DNA from: an uncultured Flavobacteriales bacterium
GTDB lineage: Bacteria; Bacteroidota; Bacteroidia; Flavobacteriales_D; Parvicellaceae
DNA length: 63,837 bases
Reading direction: 5' to 3'
Assembly (NCBI GenBank): GCA_913064955.1
Contig: CAJYBK010000001.1
Coordinates: 1 to 63,837, forward strand
Below, piece by piece: positions 38,863 through 50,072 of this stretch. How positions within the stretch are numbered: the stretch's first letter is position 1; each line of letters begins with the position of its first letter. A program made the position numbers and the translations under genes. Under the pieces are notes generated by a model that saw only the letters and a program-made list of their open reading frames with translations, was not told the origin of the DNA and did no database searches.

Positions 38863-40248
38863 ATGATGACTTCAAAAGAATTTACCGTAGAAAACAAAGA
38901 AAGATTAGTTAACGAGTTAGTCGAGTTTTTAAAACTTAAATCTGTGAGTGCAGATCCTGCATTTACGGAAGAGGTAAAGTTAACTGCTAAATTCGTTGAA
39001 GATAGTTTGATTAATGCAGGAATGAAAACAGTAGAAATCTGTCCCACTGCAGGTCATCCAATTGTATATGCAGAACACATTATTGATGAGAAGTTACCTA
39101 CAGTTTTGGTTTATGGTCATTATGATGTTCAACCAGCAGATCCAATAGAACTATGGCATAGCGACCCTTTTGAGCCGGTGGTGAAGAAAACCGAATTGCA
39201 TCCTGAAGGTGCAATCTTCGCAAGAGGAGCATGTGATGATAAAGGACAGGTGTATATGCATGTGAAAGCAATTGAGTACATGATTCAAAACAACTGTTTG
39301 CCATGCAATGTGAAATTAATGATTGAAGGTGAAGAAGAAGTTGGATCAAGTAACTTGGCTATTTTCGTTAAAGAGAATGTTGAAAAACTTAAGGCGGATG
39401 TGATTCTAGTTTCTGACACTTCCATTATTGCCAATGACATACCTTCTATTACTGTTGGGCTTAGAGGTTTAAGTTATGTAGAGGTCGAAGTAACAGGTCC
39501 TAATAGAGACTTGCATTCTGGAGTTTATGGAGGCGCTGTGGCTAATCCAATAAATATTCTAGCGAAAATGATTGCTTCTCTTCAAGATGAAAATAATCAC
39601 ATCACCATTCCTGGATTTTACGATGATGTGATAGAAGTGAGTCAAGAAGATAGAAACGAGATGGCAAAAGCTCCTTTCAATTTAGAAGATTATCAAAAAG
39701 ATTTGGGTATTGAAGTGGTTTATGGTGAGAAAGGATTTTCAACCAATGAAAGAACCTCAATAAGACCAACATTGGATGTGAATGGTATTTGGGGTGGCTA
39801 TATAGGAGAAGGAGCGAAAACAGTTTTACCAAGCCAGGCATTTGCCAAAATATCGATGCGCTTAGTGCCAAACCAAAACTGGGAAAAGATTACTGAGTTA
39901 TTTAAAAATCATTTTGAATCCATTGCGCCAAAAGGTGTTAAGGTGAAGGTCACTCCTCATCATGGGGGTCAAGGTGGCGTGGTGGAAACAAACTTCCCTG
40001 CCTATCAAGCAGCGTCAAAAGCAATGGAGGAAACATATGGTAAAAAACCAATTCCTACAAGAAGTGGCGGTAGTATTCCTATCATTGCACTATTCGAAGA
40101 GGTGTTAGGTTTAAAATCTGTTTTATTTGGATTTGGACTAAACTCTGATTTAATACATTCGCCTAACGAGCATTATGGTTTATTCAATTATTTCAAAGGA
40201 ATTGAAACTATTCCGTTGTTTTATAAGTACTATGCTAATAACAATTAG
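38863..40248 (+). CDS. M20-family dipeptidase
   Basis: YGHYDVQP, ARGACDDKGQ, EGEEE and HSPNE motifs. Confidence 0.93.
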   Translation: MMTSKEFTVENKERLVNELVEFLKLKSVSADPAFTEEVKLTAKFVEDSLINAGMKTVEICPTAGHPIVYAEHIIDEKLPTVLVYGHYDVQPADPIELWHSDPFEPVVKKTELHPEGAIFARGACDDKGQVYMHVKAIEYMIQNNCLPCNVKLMIEGEEEVGSSNLAIFVKENVEKLKADVILVSDTSIIANDIPSITVGLRGLSYVEVEVTGPNRDLHSGVYGGAVANPINILAKMIASLQDENNHITIPGFYDDVIEVSQEDRNEMAKAPFNLEDYQKDLGIEVVYGEKGFSTNERTSIRPTLDVNGIWGGYIGEGAKTVLPSQAFAKISMRLVPNQNWEKITELFKNHFESIAPKGVKVKVTPHHGGQGGVVETNFPAYQAASKAMEETYGKKPIPTRSGGSIPIIALFEEVLGLKSVLFGFGLNSDLIHSPNEHYGLFNYFKGIETIPLFYKYYANNN

Positions 40249-40254
40249 TAGTGT

Positions 40255-40728
40255 ATGAGATTAAAATATAGAATATGGTTGGTTCTTCTGACCTTACCAC
40301 TTTTGTTAATGCAAGGGTGTTTTGATTATGAAGATGTAAAATTCAATGGCGTTAAAGATGTATCTGTAGTAGATAGAAATGACGATAACCTAAAATTGCA
40401 AGTGGATGTATTAGTTGATAACCCAAACACTTATAATATTAAAGTGAAGAAATCCACATTGGATATTTATTTAAATGGAAAGTACGTGGGTAAAACTACT
40501 TTAGATGATAAAATTGTTCTAAAGAAAAAGACTGCTGGCGTTTATGGTGTTGTGCTGAAAGCAGATACTCGAAGTATTATGAAAGCCGCAATGGGCTCCT
40601 TAGGAGGCTTGCTTAAAGGGGAGGTGACAATAGGTTTAAAAGGGAAAGTGAAAGGTTCAGTTTATGGTATCTCCAAATCTGTTGATGTAGATATGGAAGA
40701 AAATATTAATCTTAAGAACTTCCTATAA
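40255..40728 (+). CDS. LEA_2/WHy-domain lipoprotein
   Basis: Lipobox MQG-C; VDNPN motif. Confidence 0.8.
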   Translation: MRLKYRIWLVLLTLPLLLMQGCFDYEDVKFNGVKDVSVVDRNDDNLKLQVDVLVDNPNTYNIKVKKSTLDIYLNGKYVGKTTLDDKIVLKKKTAGVYGVVLKADTRSIMKAAMGSLGGLLKGEVTIGLKGKVKGSVYGISKSVDVDMEENINLKNFL

Positions 40729-40732
40729 TTAG

Positions 40733-43369
40733 TTATTTAGAGGATCCACCAGTGTTGTCAAACAGGTGAATAAATCCAGTCAAAATAATGGGCTCTATGC
40801 CGGTTAGTCTGATAGTATTCACGGTACATAAATAGTAATAGACTCCATCAGGAACTGGCAGTCCACTATCTTTGTGCTTACCATCCCAGTTAACATCAGG
40901 ATTGTTGGTTTCAAAAACAACTTGTCCCCATCTATTGTAAATTTCAATTTCTATGCTTTCAACATACTTGTATGGAAGAAGTGCATGATATAAATCATTG
41001 TCGCCATCTGCATTTGGAGAGAAAACATTTGGCAAACTATAACTTGGACAGTTGTCGAAACAAACTACATTACTACTGTCACTTTCATTATTGTATTGAA
41101 TCGAATCTAAAGCTGTGACAACATAGCAACCTGCTATCGATCCATTATTAGAATGCACGAAAGTAGTGTCTTCAGCCGAGTTGAACGTAGCAATTAAATC
41201 CATAGTATCACCTTGAACATCTGTGTAATAAAGATTATAACCTACCACATCATCTGCGCAACTATTATTTGGGTTGTTCCAAGTTAATTCGTTCTCGCCA
41301 ATCTCACAATCTCCATTAATGGATAGTATAGGAGGACAAGGCGCTGTTAAATCAACCGGACTTTCACAAACAATTTGACTTAAATTTTCAATAGGGTTGA
41401 TGATGCTAGGATTAGAATATAAACCTATGCTTTTTACATAGTAACAATAGTTGGCACCATTTACTAAGCCAGTGTCGATGTAGTTCTGTGTGGTTGTGGT
41501 TCCGATGAAATTATATGGTCCACCAAAAACGGCAGATCTGTAAATTTCATATGATATGTTAATCCAAGGTACTTCTTCTTGCCATGAAAGGAGAATTTCG
41601 TTGTCGTTAGGAGTAGTCGTTACAAAGATAGAGCCACCGGAATTTGAAGATCCAACTAAACTATCTGAGCCATTGTTGGTGTAGAATAATTCAACTCGAT
41701 AGTAATAAGGCTGGTCTTGTGTATTTAACCCTGAAGATGTGTAAGTTGTATCCGTGTTGTATAAGAATGTTTGAGAATTTGTCTGTCCAATAAAAGTGTT
41801 AATGTTAGATAAGGATGGTCCTTGATATACTTTGTAATGGTATGGGCCTGGAAATTGATTAGTGTCCAATTCTGTAGGCTTAGACCACATAATTGAATCA
41901 ATTCCACCTGCTATATCAGTTGTATTTACAGTGACATGAGTAAGGATAGGCACTTCTTTCTTAAGACTTGCACATGAAGTGTCAGAAGGGCAGCTCTCCA
42001 CTTGATTGATGCTAAAAAAAGCGGTTACAAGATAGCAGTAATCGATGCCTAACGTAAGACTTGTATTGTCATAATACGTAGTTGTTGAATTGCCGTAAAC
42101 TGTTCCTATTTTATCGTATCCAATAGAGATAGGGCCAGTATTATTGCAACAGTCTGTAATGGAAGGCCCTTGGTTATTTGACCTGTAAATATGATAGCCC
42201 TCCGCTTCAGCGCATGTTGACTGATCCCATTGAACATTGACTCCATTTCCAAAAGGGTTGACTTGCACACCTGTTACTTTTGGAGGAATTATTTTGATAA
42301 TAGTTTGTGAATAATTGCTAAAAACCGGATCACCGTTGTCTTGAACAGCAAAAAGAACCTGGTAAACACCAGGTTTAATGTGACTACAAGCTGTATTCCA
42401 ATTAAAATTACTTGTCACCGAACTTGCAGCACTTACCGAAGGGAAAGTAGCAGGACTAGATGAGGTGATAAACGGAGTTCCCGTTGCGCTCAAACTAATT
42501 GTATTTCCATCTACATCGTTGGCCGTTACATTAAAGTTTACATTATCTCCAGCTACTACACAAATTTCAGGAGGACTAACTATTGTTGGAGGAGTATTGT
42601 TACAATTACCATCAACCGTTAATTGGATGTCTCTGTAAACGTGACCCACTTTAACCCCGTTTCTCCATTCTGTAATCTTTATGGTAAAGTTAAACTCACC
42701 GATCATACCTGGGCTATCCCAGCAAACTGTACCAGTTGTTGCGTCAATATTGAGCGTTCCTCCAGCAACATCATTCGGAAATAAATAGGTAGCTTGAATT
42801 CCCATTGGAAGACAGTCTGCTCCAAATGGCGCTGTGAGTTCATAACTCAAACTATCGTTGTCAGGATCTACTGCTTGAGGATTGTAGCAATATATTTTCC
42901 CAACACAAGCAATAGCCGGACATGGACATTCATCAAATTGAACCGAGTTGTTAGCGTTACCAAGGAAAGGGCTAATCACCAATTGCGTCTGCAGTGAGAA
43001 AACTTCAACGTCCGAATTACCATTGTTAATGTTCAAAATGTTGTTGTTTCTGTTTGGATCTTGCATACAGATTGTATAAGTGCCAGCAGAAGAGAAGGTG
43101 TGAACACCTAAATAAGTGTTTTTTTGATGATTAAAAGGTTGAGGAAATATTTGGTCTCTGAATAAGGTGTCCACTACACCATCACCATAGTCAATGTATA
43201 ATTCGTTTCTATCGGCTTGCGCTTCAGGCCCAACATCCGTACAGGTAGTAATGGTAAACTGGTAGGTGTTTCCTCCTAAATGAAGATAGGTAATTTCACC
43301 TCCTCTATTGTGAGAAGCTAATGCCAATAGTGGCAAAAAAAATAAGGTGAATAATAGTATTTTCTTCAA
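40733..43369 (-). CDS. Large surface protein with FN3-like domains and T9SS type-B CTD
   Basis: ASHNRGGEITY N-terminus; C-terminal LPNVFSPNADGDND...IYNRWG...WDG...GVYYY. Confidence 0.88.
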   Translation of the reverse strand: MKKILLFTLFFLPLLALASHNRGGEITYLHLGGNTYQFTITTCTDVGPEAQADRNELYIDYGDGVVDTLFRDQIFPQPFNHQKNTYLGVHTFSSAGTYTICMQDPNRNNNILNINNGNSDVEVFSLQTQLVISPFLGNANNSVQFDECPCPAIACVGKIYCYNPQAVDPDNDSLSYELTAPFGADCLPMGIQATYLFPNDVAGGTLNIDATTGTVCWDSPGMIGEFNFTIKITEWRNGVKVGHVYRDIQLTVDGNCNNTPPTIVSPPEICVVAGDNVNFNVTANDVDGNTISLSATGTPFITSSSPATFPSVSAASSVTSNFNWNTACSHIKPGVYQVLFAVQDNGDPVFSNYSQTIIKIIPPKVTGVQVNPFGNGVNVQWDQSTCAEAEGYHIYRSNNQGPSITDCCNNTGPISIGYDKIGTVYGNSTTTYYDNTSLTLGIDYCYLVTAFFSINQVESCPSDTSCASLKKEVPILTHVTVNTTDIAGGIDSIMWSKPTELDTNQFPGPYHYKVYQGPSLSNINTFIGQTNSQTFLYNTDTTYTSSGLNTQDQPYYYRVELFYTNNGSDSLVGSSNSGGSIFVTTTPNDNEILLSWQEEVPWINISYEIYRSAVFGGPYNFIGTTTTQNYIDTGLVNGANYCYYVKSIGLYSNPSIINPIENLSQIVCESPVDLTAPCPPILSINGDCEIGENELTWNNPNNSCADDVVGYNLYYTDVQGDTMDLIATFNSAEDTTFVHSNNGSIAGCYVVTALDSIQYNNESDSSNVVCFDNCPSYSLPNVFSPNADGDNDLYHALLPYKYVESIEIEIYNRWGQVVFETNNPDVNWDGKHKDSGLPVPDGVYYYLCTVNTIRLTGIEPIILTGFIHLFDNTGGSSK

Positions 43370-43517
43370 GTCAAATGAGTTTATAATACAATGCTAACAC
43401 TAAATTACCAAAAATGTTGCGTTAATCCATTTCAAATCATGTTATAATTATTAAAATGACGAAATTTTAAAGGAAAGGTTAATGATAAAATGTAAATTTG
43501 AAAAAAAATGAAACACA

Positions 43518-44930
43518 ATGGCAAAGAAAAAATCTACTGAAAATCATAAGGTAATTGTAATCGATAGTTTAAAATCAATTGCTAATCTCAAATTCTCAAA
43601 AGAAGAAATACAACTATTAAAGAAAAACATAAAAGCAAATGGTGAATTCTTCGAATTGAATCGTTTAAATGTGTTAACATTTGTAGTTCTAGCAAGTAAA
43701 AAGCAAGATTATAAGTCAAAAGAAAAATTAAGACAAGCTGGTGCAGTTATCACTTCAAGGTTGAATGCTGTAAAAGGAGAAGATGTAATAGTCTCTGCTG
43801 TTGTGAAAAATGACAATGCGCTATTTGTTGTGGAAGGAATGGCACTTAGCAATTATCAATTTTTAAAATATTTCACAGACAAGAAAAGCAAGGAAAACTC
43901 ATTAAAAAACATCTTTGTTCAAGAAGATAATATTAGTTCTAAGAAGTCGGAGGAACTATGGGCCGTAGTTGAATCAATTTACAAATGTAGGGATCTCGTA
44001 AATGAACCATTGTCTTATTTAAACGCTCCTACTCTTTCTGATGAATTAGTTGAAATGGGTAAGGAGGCTGGATTCAAAGTGGAGGTGTTAGATCAATTAA
44101 AGATTGAATCTTTAAAAATGGGTGGTTTGCTTGCTGTTAATCAAGGAAGTTTAGATCCTTGTACTTTTAATATCTTAGAGTATAAACCTAAAAAACATAG
44201 TAACGCTAAGCCATTGGTGCTAGTTGGTAAAGGCGTTGTTTATGATACTGGTGGATTGAGTTTAAAGCCAACGGCTAATTCAATGGACATTATGAAGTGT
44301 GATATGGGTGGTGCTGCTACTGTAGCGAGTGCTATTTACGCTGTTGCTAAAGCAAAACTAAATGTTCATGTAATTGGATTAATACCTGCGACTGATAATA
44401 GACCTGGTGGAAATGCATACGCACCTGGGGATGTGGTTAAAATGTATGACGGAACTACTGTAGAGGTCATGAATACAGATGCAGAAGGTAGAATGATTTT
44501 GGCAGATGCTTTGACCTATGCTAAGAAATATAAGCCAGAATTAGTTATTGATTTTGCCACATTAACTGGTTCTGCAGTTAGAGCAATAGGTTCTTATGCT
44601 TCTGTAATGATGGGAACTGCAGAAAGAACAACTTTTGAGGAATTGTCAGAGTCTGGGTATGATACGTATGAAAGAATGGTACAATTTCCATTTTACGATG
44701 AGTATGCGGAGGAGATTAAATCACCAATTGCTGATTTGAAAAATATTGGAGGAGCCGAGGGTGGAGCCATCACAGCAGGAAAGTTTTTAGAGCACTTTAC
44801 AGATTACCCATGGGTGCATGTAGATATCGCAGGTCCAGCATGGGCAAATGCAGGTAAGGGATATGTAACAAAGGGAGGTACAGGTACTGGAGTAAGAATG
44901 TTGTTTGATTTTATCAAAAGAAATTATTAG
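43518..44930 (+). CDS. pepA: Leucyl aminopeptidase (M17)
   Basis: GKGVVYDTGG, MKCDMGG and NTDAEGR motifs. Confidence 0.94.
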   Translation: MAKKKSTENHKVIVIDSLKSIANLKFSKEEIQLLKKNIKANGEFFELNRLNVLTFVVLASKKQDYKSKEKLRQAGAVITSRLNAVKGEDVIVSAVVKNDNALFVVEGMALSNYQFLKYFTDKKSKENSLKNIFVQEDNISSKKSEELWAVVESIYKCRDLVNEPLSYLNAPTLSDELVEMGKEAGFKVEVLDQLKIESLKMGGLLAVNQGSLDPCTFNILEYKPKKHSNAKPLVLVGKGVVYDTGGLSLKPTANSMDIMKCDMGGAATVASAIYAVAKAKLNVHVIGLIPATDNRPGGNAYAPGDVVKMYDGTTVEVMNTDAEGRMILADALTYAKKYKPELVIDFATLTGSAVRAIGSYASVMMGTAERTTFEELSESGYDTYERMVQFPFYDEYAEEIKSPIADLKNIGGAEGGAITAGKFLEHFTDYPWVHVDIAGPAWANAGKGYVTKGGTGTGVRMLFDFIKRNY

Positions 44931-44939
44931 AATTAAATC

Positions 44940-45989
44940 ATGAGTAAGAAAGTCAAAGTAGGAATATCCATTGGAGATTTAAATGGAATTGGTTTTGAAG
45001 TAATCATTAAAGCACTGGAAGATAATAGGATGCTTACAAATGCAACTGCGGTGATATATTCATCTGCAAAAATTGCATCCTATTTTAGGAAAGCACTGGA
45101 ATTACCTTTTAACTACAAAAAAATCAATGATGCTGATGAAGCACAAGATGGAAAAGTAAATGTTTTGAATGTTTGGGATGATGAGTTTAAAATCGAATTA
45201 GGTTCGTCTACTCCTGATGGAGGAAAAGTAGCTTTTATGAGTTTGGAAGCAGCAACCAAAGATTTGGCTGCAGGTAAAATTGATGTATTAGTTACAGCGC
45301 CAATCAATAAGAAAAATATTCAGAATGAAAATTTTCAATTCGCAGGTCATACAGAATATTTAACAAAGTATTCCAATGCAGATGAGTCATTGATGTTTAT
45401 GGTAAGTGGAGATTTGCGTGTTGGTATTGCTACCAATCACATTCCTTTAAGTGAGATACCTAAAACGCTTACCAAAGAGATTATTATAGCTAAACTAAAG
45501 TTGATGAATCAATCTTTAGTTAGGGATTTTGGTATCATTAAGCCTAGAATAGCAGTGTTGGGGTTAAATCCGCATGCTGGTGAAAATGGCATGTTGGGTG
45601 AAGAAGAATCCACCATTATAATTCCAGCAATTGATGCCGCTAAAAAAGAAGGGATAGTCGCTTTTGGGCCTTACGCGTCTGATGGGATTTTTGGTTCAAA
45701 AAACTACGCCACTTTTGATGGTATTTTAGCAATGTATCATGACCAAGGACTTACCCCGTTTAAAGCATTGGCAGGTGGTAGTGGTGTTAATTTTACCGCT
45801 GGTCTTCCTATAGTAAGAACTTCACCTGACCACGGTACTGCATATGAAATTGCAGGTCAAAATATAGCAGATGAAACGTCATTTAGAAATGCATTTTTCC
45901 TAGCTATTGACATTTTTCATAATAGAATATTCAATAAGGAGATAAATAAAAACCCTTTGAAGACTAAGAAGTTTGAGAAAGAATATTGA
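44940..45989 (+). CDS. pdxA: 4-hydroxythreonine-4-phosphate dehydrogenase
   Basis: GHTEY, LNPHAGE, MYHDQG and RTSPDHGTA motifs. Confidence 0.96.
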   Translation: MSKKVKVGISIGDLNGIGFEVIIKALEDNRMLTNATAVIYSSAKIASYFRKALELPFNYKKINDADEAQDGKVNVLNVWDDEFKIELGSSTPDGGKVAFMSLEAATKDLAAGKIDVLVTAPINKKNIQNENFQFAGHTEYLTKYSNADESLMFMVSGDLRVGIATNHIPLSEIPKTLTKEIIIAKLKLMNQSLVRDFGIIKPRIAVLGLNPHAGENGMLGEEESTIIIPAIDAAKKEGIVAFGPYASDGIFGSKNYATFDGILAMYHDQGLTPFKALAGGSGVNFTAGLPIVRTSPDHGTAYEIAGQNIADETSFRNAFFLAIDIFHNRIFNKEINKNPLKTKKFEKEY

Positions 45990-46044
45990 TAAATGTTCGA
46001 TTAAACAAAAATTACTACATTAGTAAAAATAATTAGAATAAATT

Positions 46045-49000
46045 ATGAAAACATTTTTGCGAATTTTAACCGTGTTGACTCTTGCTTTATGCAGTGTTAA
46101 TGGTGCAACAGGGCAGGACTTGGTAAACGTAACAATACAAACTACTTCCGTTGCTCACAACTTTCAATGTGGTAGTGATGGTTTTTTCTCGAAACCCGAG
46201 CCAAGGTATAGAATAAGTGCTCAAACATTATTGAGTGGTGCGGGTGCTGGCTTTGGTGCTGTAACCGTTATTAATCCAGGTGATGGTGTTACTTGTGGAA
46301 CAATCACTGCCAACAATACGGTTTTAAATTTAACAGGCGTTTGTGCTGATGAAGTTGAGTTGAGTATTGATATGTGGGAAGAAGATGGTTGTGGAAGTGA
46401 TAATACTTATAACACTGGTTGTACGAATGATGATGAAAATCGAACTCAGTTAACTCCTAATCATATTCTCTCAGGAATTGTTCCTGGAGTTCCTACCAGT
46501 TTTTCTGCAAGTGGAACAGGAGGTTATGTGGTTAATTATACAATTACTTATACTGTAGTAGGTGCACCTACTAACACTTCAACTATAACAACAGGATGTC
46601 CAGGAGACGTAGCGAATTTATCTGCAACAACAGGTCAAACCGTAGGTGGAATGGATTTTCTTTGGTATGATGCCGCAACGGGAGGTACTATTCAAGGTAC
46701 AGGATCCCCATTTACTCCAACATTAACTACTAGTACTACTTATTATGTGGCATATGGAAATGTTGCTACTTGTGAAACTGCTCGTACTCCTGTAGCTGTA
46801 ACGGTATCAACTAATTCAACTGATCCTGTGTCTCTAAGTTCGAGTCCTGTGTCACTTTGTGGAGCGGGAACGGTAAATCTAACAGCCTCTGGCGGGACAT
46901 TGGGGACAGGCGCATCTTATGAATGGTTTGACGATGCTTGTGGTGGTAATTTAATAGCAACAACACCAGGGCCAACGCTTACAGGTTATGCGGTGGCAAC
47001 AACTACAGATTTCTTTGTGAGAATAGCAGGAACTTGTAATACAACAAATTGTGCTACTGTCAACGTGCCTGTTACAACTCCTTCTGTAGCGCCAACTAGT
47101 GCTACTTCTAGTGCAAGTACGGTATGTAATGGTACACCTGTTACATTAACTGTGAATGGAGGTGTACTTGGTACTTCTTCTACATGGGAATGGTACAGCG
47201 GATCTTGCGGTACTGGTGTTAGCGAAGGATCTGGGAATTCAATTTCAGTTACACCTGCAGTTACAACAACTTATTATGTTAGGGGAGAAGGAGGATGTGG
47301 TCCAACTGCATGTGAAAGTGTCACGGTAACAGTTGAACAGAATTCTGTTGCTGCAACAAGTGCTAATGCCTCTCCTCCAGTTTTTTGTTCAGGAGGAAGT
47401 TCTGTTTTATCTGTTGTTGGTGGTACTTTAGGTACTGGAGCAACATGGGAATGGTATGAAGGAGGTTGTGCTTTAGGAACTTCAATTGGTTCTGGAACAA
47501 GTTTAACCGTTTCGCCAACGACTACAACAAGTTATTACGTAAGAGCAGAAGGATCATGTAACAATACTGCTTGTGAAATGGTTACCGTTACCGTTAATCA
47601 GTCTGGTTCGGATCCAACATCTATTGCTGCATCAAGCACAAATATTTGCCCTGGTCAAACAACAGTTTTGTCTGTTGTTGGAGGTGCATTAGGTACTGGA
47701 GCGACTTGGGAATGGTATAGTGGTTCTTGTGGAGGTACACCAATGGGAACTGGTAATACGATAAGCGTTGCGCCCGTTGCAAATACTACATATTTTGTAA
47801 GAGCAGAAGGAACTTGTGGTAATTCTGCTTGTGCTTCTGTTTTGATTACTGTGGGAGTAGGTGCTGCTGATCCAACGGCAGCTACTGTTATCAATGATAA
47901 TATTTGTCCAGGTGATACGGCTCAAGTTTTTGTTACTGGAGGACCCTTGCCATCAGGATATGACTGGGTATGGTATACTGGAGCATGTGGTGCTATTCCT
48001 GTGGGAATAGGAGATACAATAACTGTTACGCCAAACGCATCTACAACTTACTATGTAAGAGCAACAGGAACTTGTGGAAATACAAATTGTACAAGTGCTA
48101 CTGTGACAGTTGTGCCTGGGTCTGTAGCGGCATCAGGCGTTATCACAGATAACAATAATTTTTGTCCAGGTAGTTCCGCAAACTTAACCGTAGACGGTGG
48201 AAGTTTAGTAACTGGAGCACAATGGACTTGGTATGAGAATAGTTGTGGAGGTACTCCAATAGGTACAGGTTCATCTATTGCCGTTACACCAACTAATTCA
48301 ACATCTTATTATGTAAGAGCTGAAGGAGGTACTTGTGGTAATACTGTTTGTGCTGATATATCCATTAATGTGTTAAGCGTTAATGCTTATATGGTAGCAT
48401 TTGATGAGGTTTGCGGAATTGGGCAACCTTTTGAAATTAAAAACGGTATTCCAACAGGAGGTGTTTATTCTGGAACAGGAGTTTCGGGAGGGTATTTTGA
48501 TCCAAGTGTTGCTGGACCAGGAATTCATACAATTACATATGATTATACAAGTCCTAACGGTTGTGTCGTTTCTACTTCGGCAGATATTGAAATTACAGCA
48601 AGTACAATTGTTGCTAGTGCGACTCCTGTTACGGAAAGTTGTACTGAAGGTGGTGTAACGATAGTGGTTTCTGCAACTGGGGGTTCAGGAGGTTATACTT
48701 ATAAATGGTCTAACGGTGCAACAGGTAATCCGCTAACCTACGTTGAAGAAGGAACGTATGCTGTTACTGTCATCGATGGTGAGAATTGTGCAACTACTGT
48801 TAGTGATATCGTAATAGATGAATCACAAGCATGTATTCAATTGGCTAATACTTTTACTCCGAACGGAGACGGTACAAATGATACTTGGAATTTGGATTTC
48901 ACTTCTTACAGTTCTTCAAGTGTTCAGATTTTTTCTAAATGGGGAACTTTGGTTTACCAAACGGACGGAACTAGTATCCAATGGGATGGAAGAAGTTCAG

Positions 49001-49095
49001 ATGGTGCTGATTTGCCTTCCGGAACTTATTACTATATCATTGAATTGAACGGAGGAGAAAAAACTCAGAATGGACCAATATCAATTGTTAGATAA
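46045..49095 (+). CDS. Ig-like repeat adhesin-like protein with T9SS type-B CTD
   Basis: Tandem ~86-aa repeats, an SprB-like repeat and C-terminal NTFTPNGDGTND...WG...WDG...GTYYY. Confidence 0.9.
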   Translation: MKTFLRILTVLTLALCSVNGATGQDLVNVTIQTTSVAHNFQCGSDGFFSKPEPRYRISAQTLLSGAGAGFGAVTVINPGDGVTCGTITANNTVLNLTGVCADEVELSIDMWEEDGCGSDNTYNTGCTNDDENRTQLTPNHILSGIVPGVPTSFSASGTGGYVVNYTITYTVVGAPTNTSTITTGCPGDVANLSATTGQTVGGMDFLWYDAATGGTIQGTGSPFTPTLTTSTTYYVAYGNVATCETARTPVAVTVSTNSTDPVSLSSSPVSLCGAGTVNLTASGGTLGTGASYEWFDDACGGNLIATTPGPTLTGYAVATTTDFFVRIAGTCNTTNCATVNVPVTTPSVAPTSATSSASTVCNGTPVTLTVNGGVLGTSSTWEWYSGSCGTGVSEGSGNSISVTPAVTTTYYVRGEGGCGPTACESVTVTVEQNSVAATSANASPPVFCSGGSSVLSVVGGTLGTGATWEWYEGGCALGTSIGSGTSLTVSPTTTTSYYVRAEGSCNNTACEMVTVTVNQSGSDPTSIAASSTNICPGQTTVLSVVGGALGTGATWEWYSGSCGGTPMGTGNTISVAPVANTTYFVRAEGTCGNSACASVLITVGVGAADPTAATVINDNICPGDTAQVFVTGGPLPSGYDWVWYTGACGAIPVGIGDTITVTPNASTTYYVRATGTCGNTNCTSATVTVVPGSVAASGVITDNNNFCPGSSANLTVDGGSLVTGAQWTWYENSCGGTPIGTGSSIAVTPTNSTSYYVRAEGGTCGNTVCADISINVLSVNAYMVAFDEVCGIGQPFEIKNGIPTGGVYSGTGVSGGYFDPSVAGPGIHTITYDYTSPNGCVVSTSADIEITASTIVASATPVTESCTEGGVTIVVSATGGSGGYTYKWSNGATGNPLTYVEEGTYAVTVIDGENCATTVSDIVIDESQACIQLANTFTPNGDGTNDTWNLDFTSYSSSSVQIFSKWGTLVYQTDGTSIQWDGRSSDGADLPSGTYYYIIELNGGEKTQNGPISIVR
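46807..48372 (+). repeat. Six tandem ~86-aa four-Cys Ig-like coding repeats
   Basis: Recurring pattern C..G....L.V.GG.LGTGA.W.WY.G.CG...TTYYVRAEG.CG...C. Confidence 0.85.
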
Positions 49096-50055
49096 ATGTA
49101 TACTATGATGAAAATGAAAAATATATTTTTAGGCGTATTAACTGTAGCGACTTTATCTATGAGCGCCCAACAAGTTGCATTAAACAGTCAATACATGTTT
49201 AATGAGTTTTCTTTTAACCCTGCTGTTGCGGGTACTAAAAACTTTGCGCCACTTACGTTCTCTTTTAGAAGACAATGGATGGGGATAAATGAAGCGCCAG
49301 TTACTCAAAATCTTTCTTTCCATTCTTTTATTGGAAAGAATACTGGTGCAGGCGTTCAGTTATATAATGATGTTTCAGGACCTACAAGAAGGACTGGATT
49401 GAGTGGGACATTTAGTTACGCTATAAAAACCTCTGAATCCACTAAATTATCTTTTGGCTTGTCTGCAAGTTTAACGCAATTCATGATGGATCGTGATAAA
49501 ATGAACACAGAGATTCCAGATGATATTGCAGTTCAGAACAATACTTTTAATGAATTAATTCCGGATTTCAATTTCGGAGTTTATTGGTATGGAGAGAGGC
49601 ATTTTGTAGGTGTTTCAGGATACAACTTACTTCAAAGCAATGACGATCTTTTTGATTTGACGACTAATGTTACTAATACACTAGATAGAGTTTTGTTTGC
49701 CCATGCAGGATATCTTTTTCCAATTGGAAGCAGTTTTGCAATTGAACCAAGCGTAATGACAAGGTATATGTTTAATAGTCCTTTTTCTTTAGATGGTAAC
49801 ATAAGGTTTATCCTGAAAGATCAATATTGGTTGGGTGCATCGTATCGTCTAGATGATGCTGTATCCATAATGATAGGAGCAGATTTAGGAGTGATGGAAC
49901 TTGGTTATTCTTACGATTTAGGAATGTCTAATTTAGCAACATACAATACTGGTTCTCATGAGATATTCTTAACCGCAAAATTAAATAAAGGAACAAAAAA
50001 CAGATCTCCTTGGCACAAACGTAATCGAATTTATTCTTCATTTTCGAAAAATTAA
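49096..50055 (+). CDS. PorP/SprF-family T9SS membrane protein
   Basis: QQVALNSQYMFN..FNPAVAG, RRQWMG...AP.TQ and GYSYD...GSHEI motifs; immediately follows a type-B cargo gene. Confidence 0.93.
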   Translation: MYTMMKMKNIFLGVLTVATLSMSAQQVALNSQYMFNEFSFNPAVAGTKNFAPLTFSFRRQWMGINEAPVTQNLSFHSFIGKNTGAGVQLYNDVSGPTRRTGLSGTFSYAIKTSESTKLSFGLSASLTQFMMDRDKMNTEIPDDIAVQNNTFNELIPDFNFGVYWYGERHFVGVSGYNLLQSNDDLFDLTTNVTNTLDRVLFAHAGYLFPIGSSFAIEPSVMTRYMFNSPFSLDGNIRFILKDQYWLGASYRLDDAVSIMIGADLGVMELGYSYDLGMSNLATYNTGSHEIFLTAKLNKGTKNRSPWHKRNRIYSSFSKN

Positions 50056-50072
50056 TCAATCCATTTAGATAG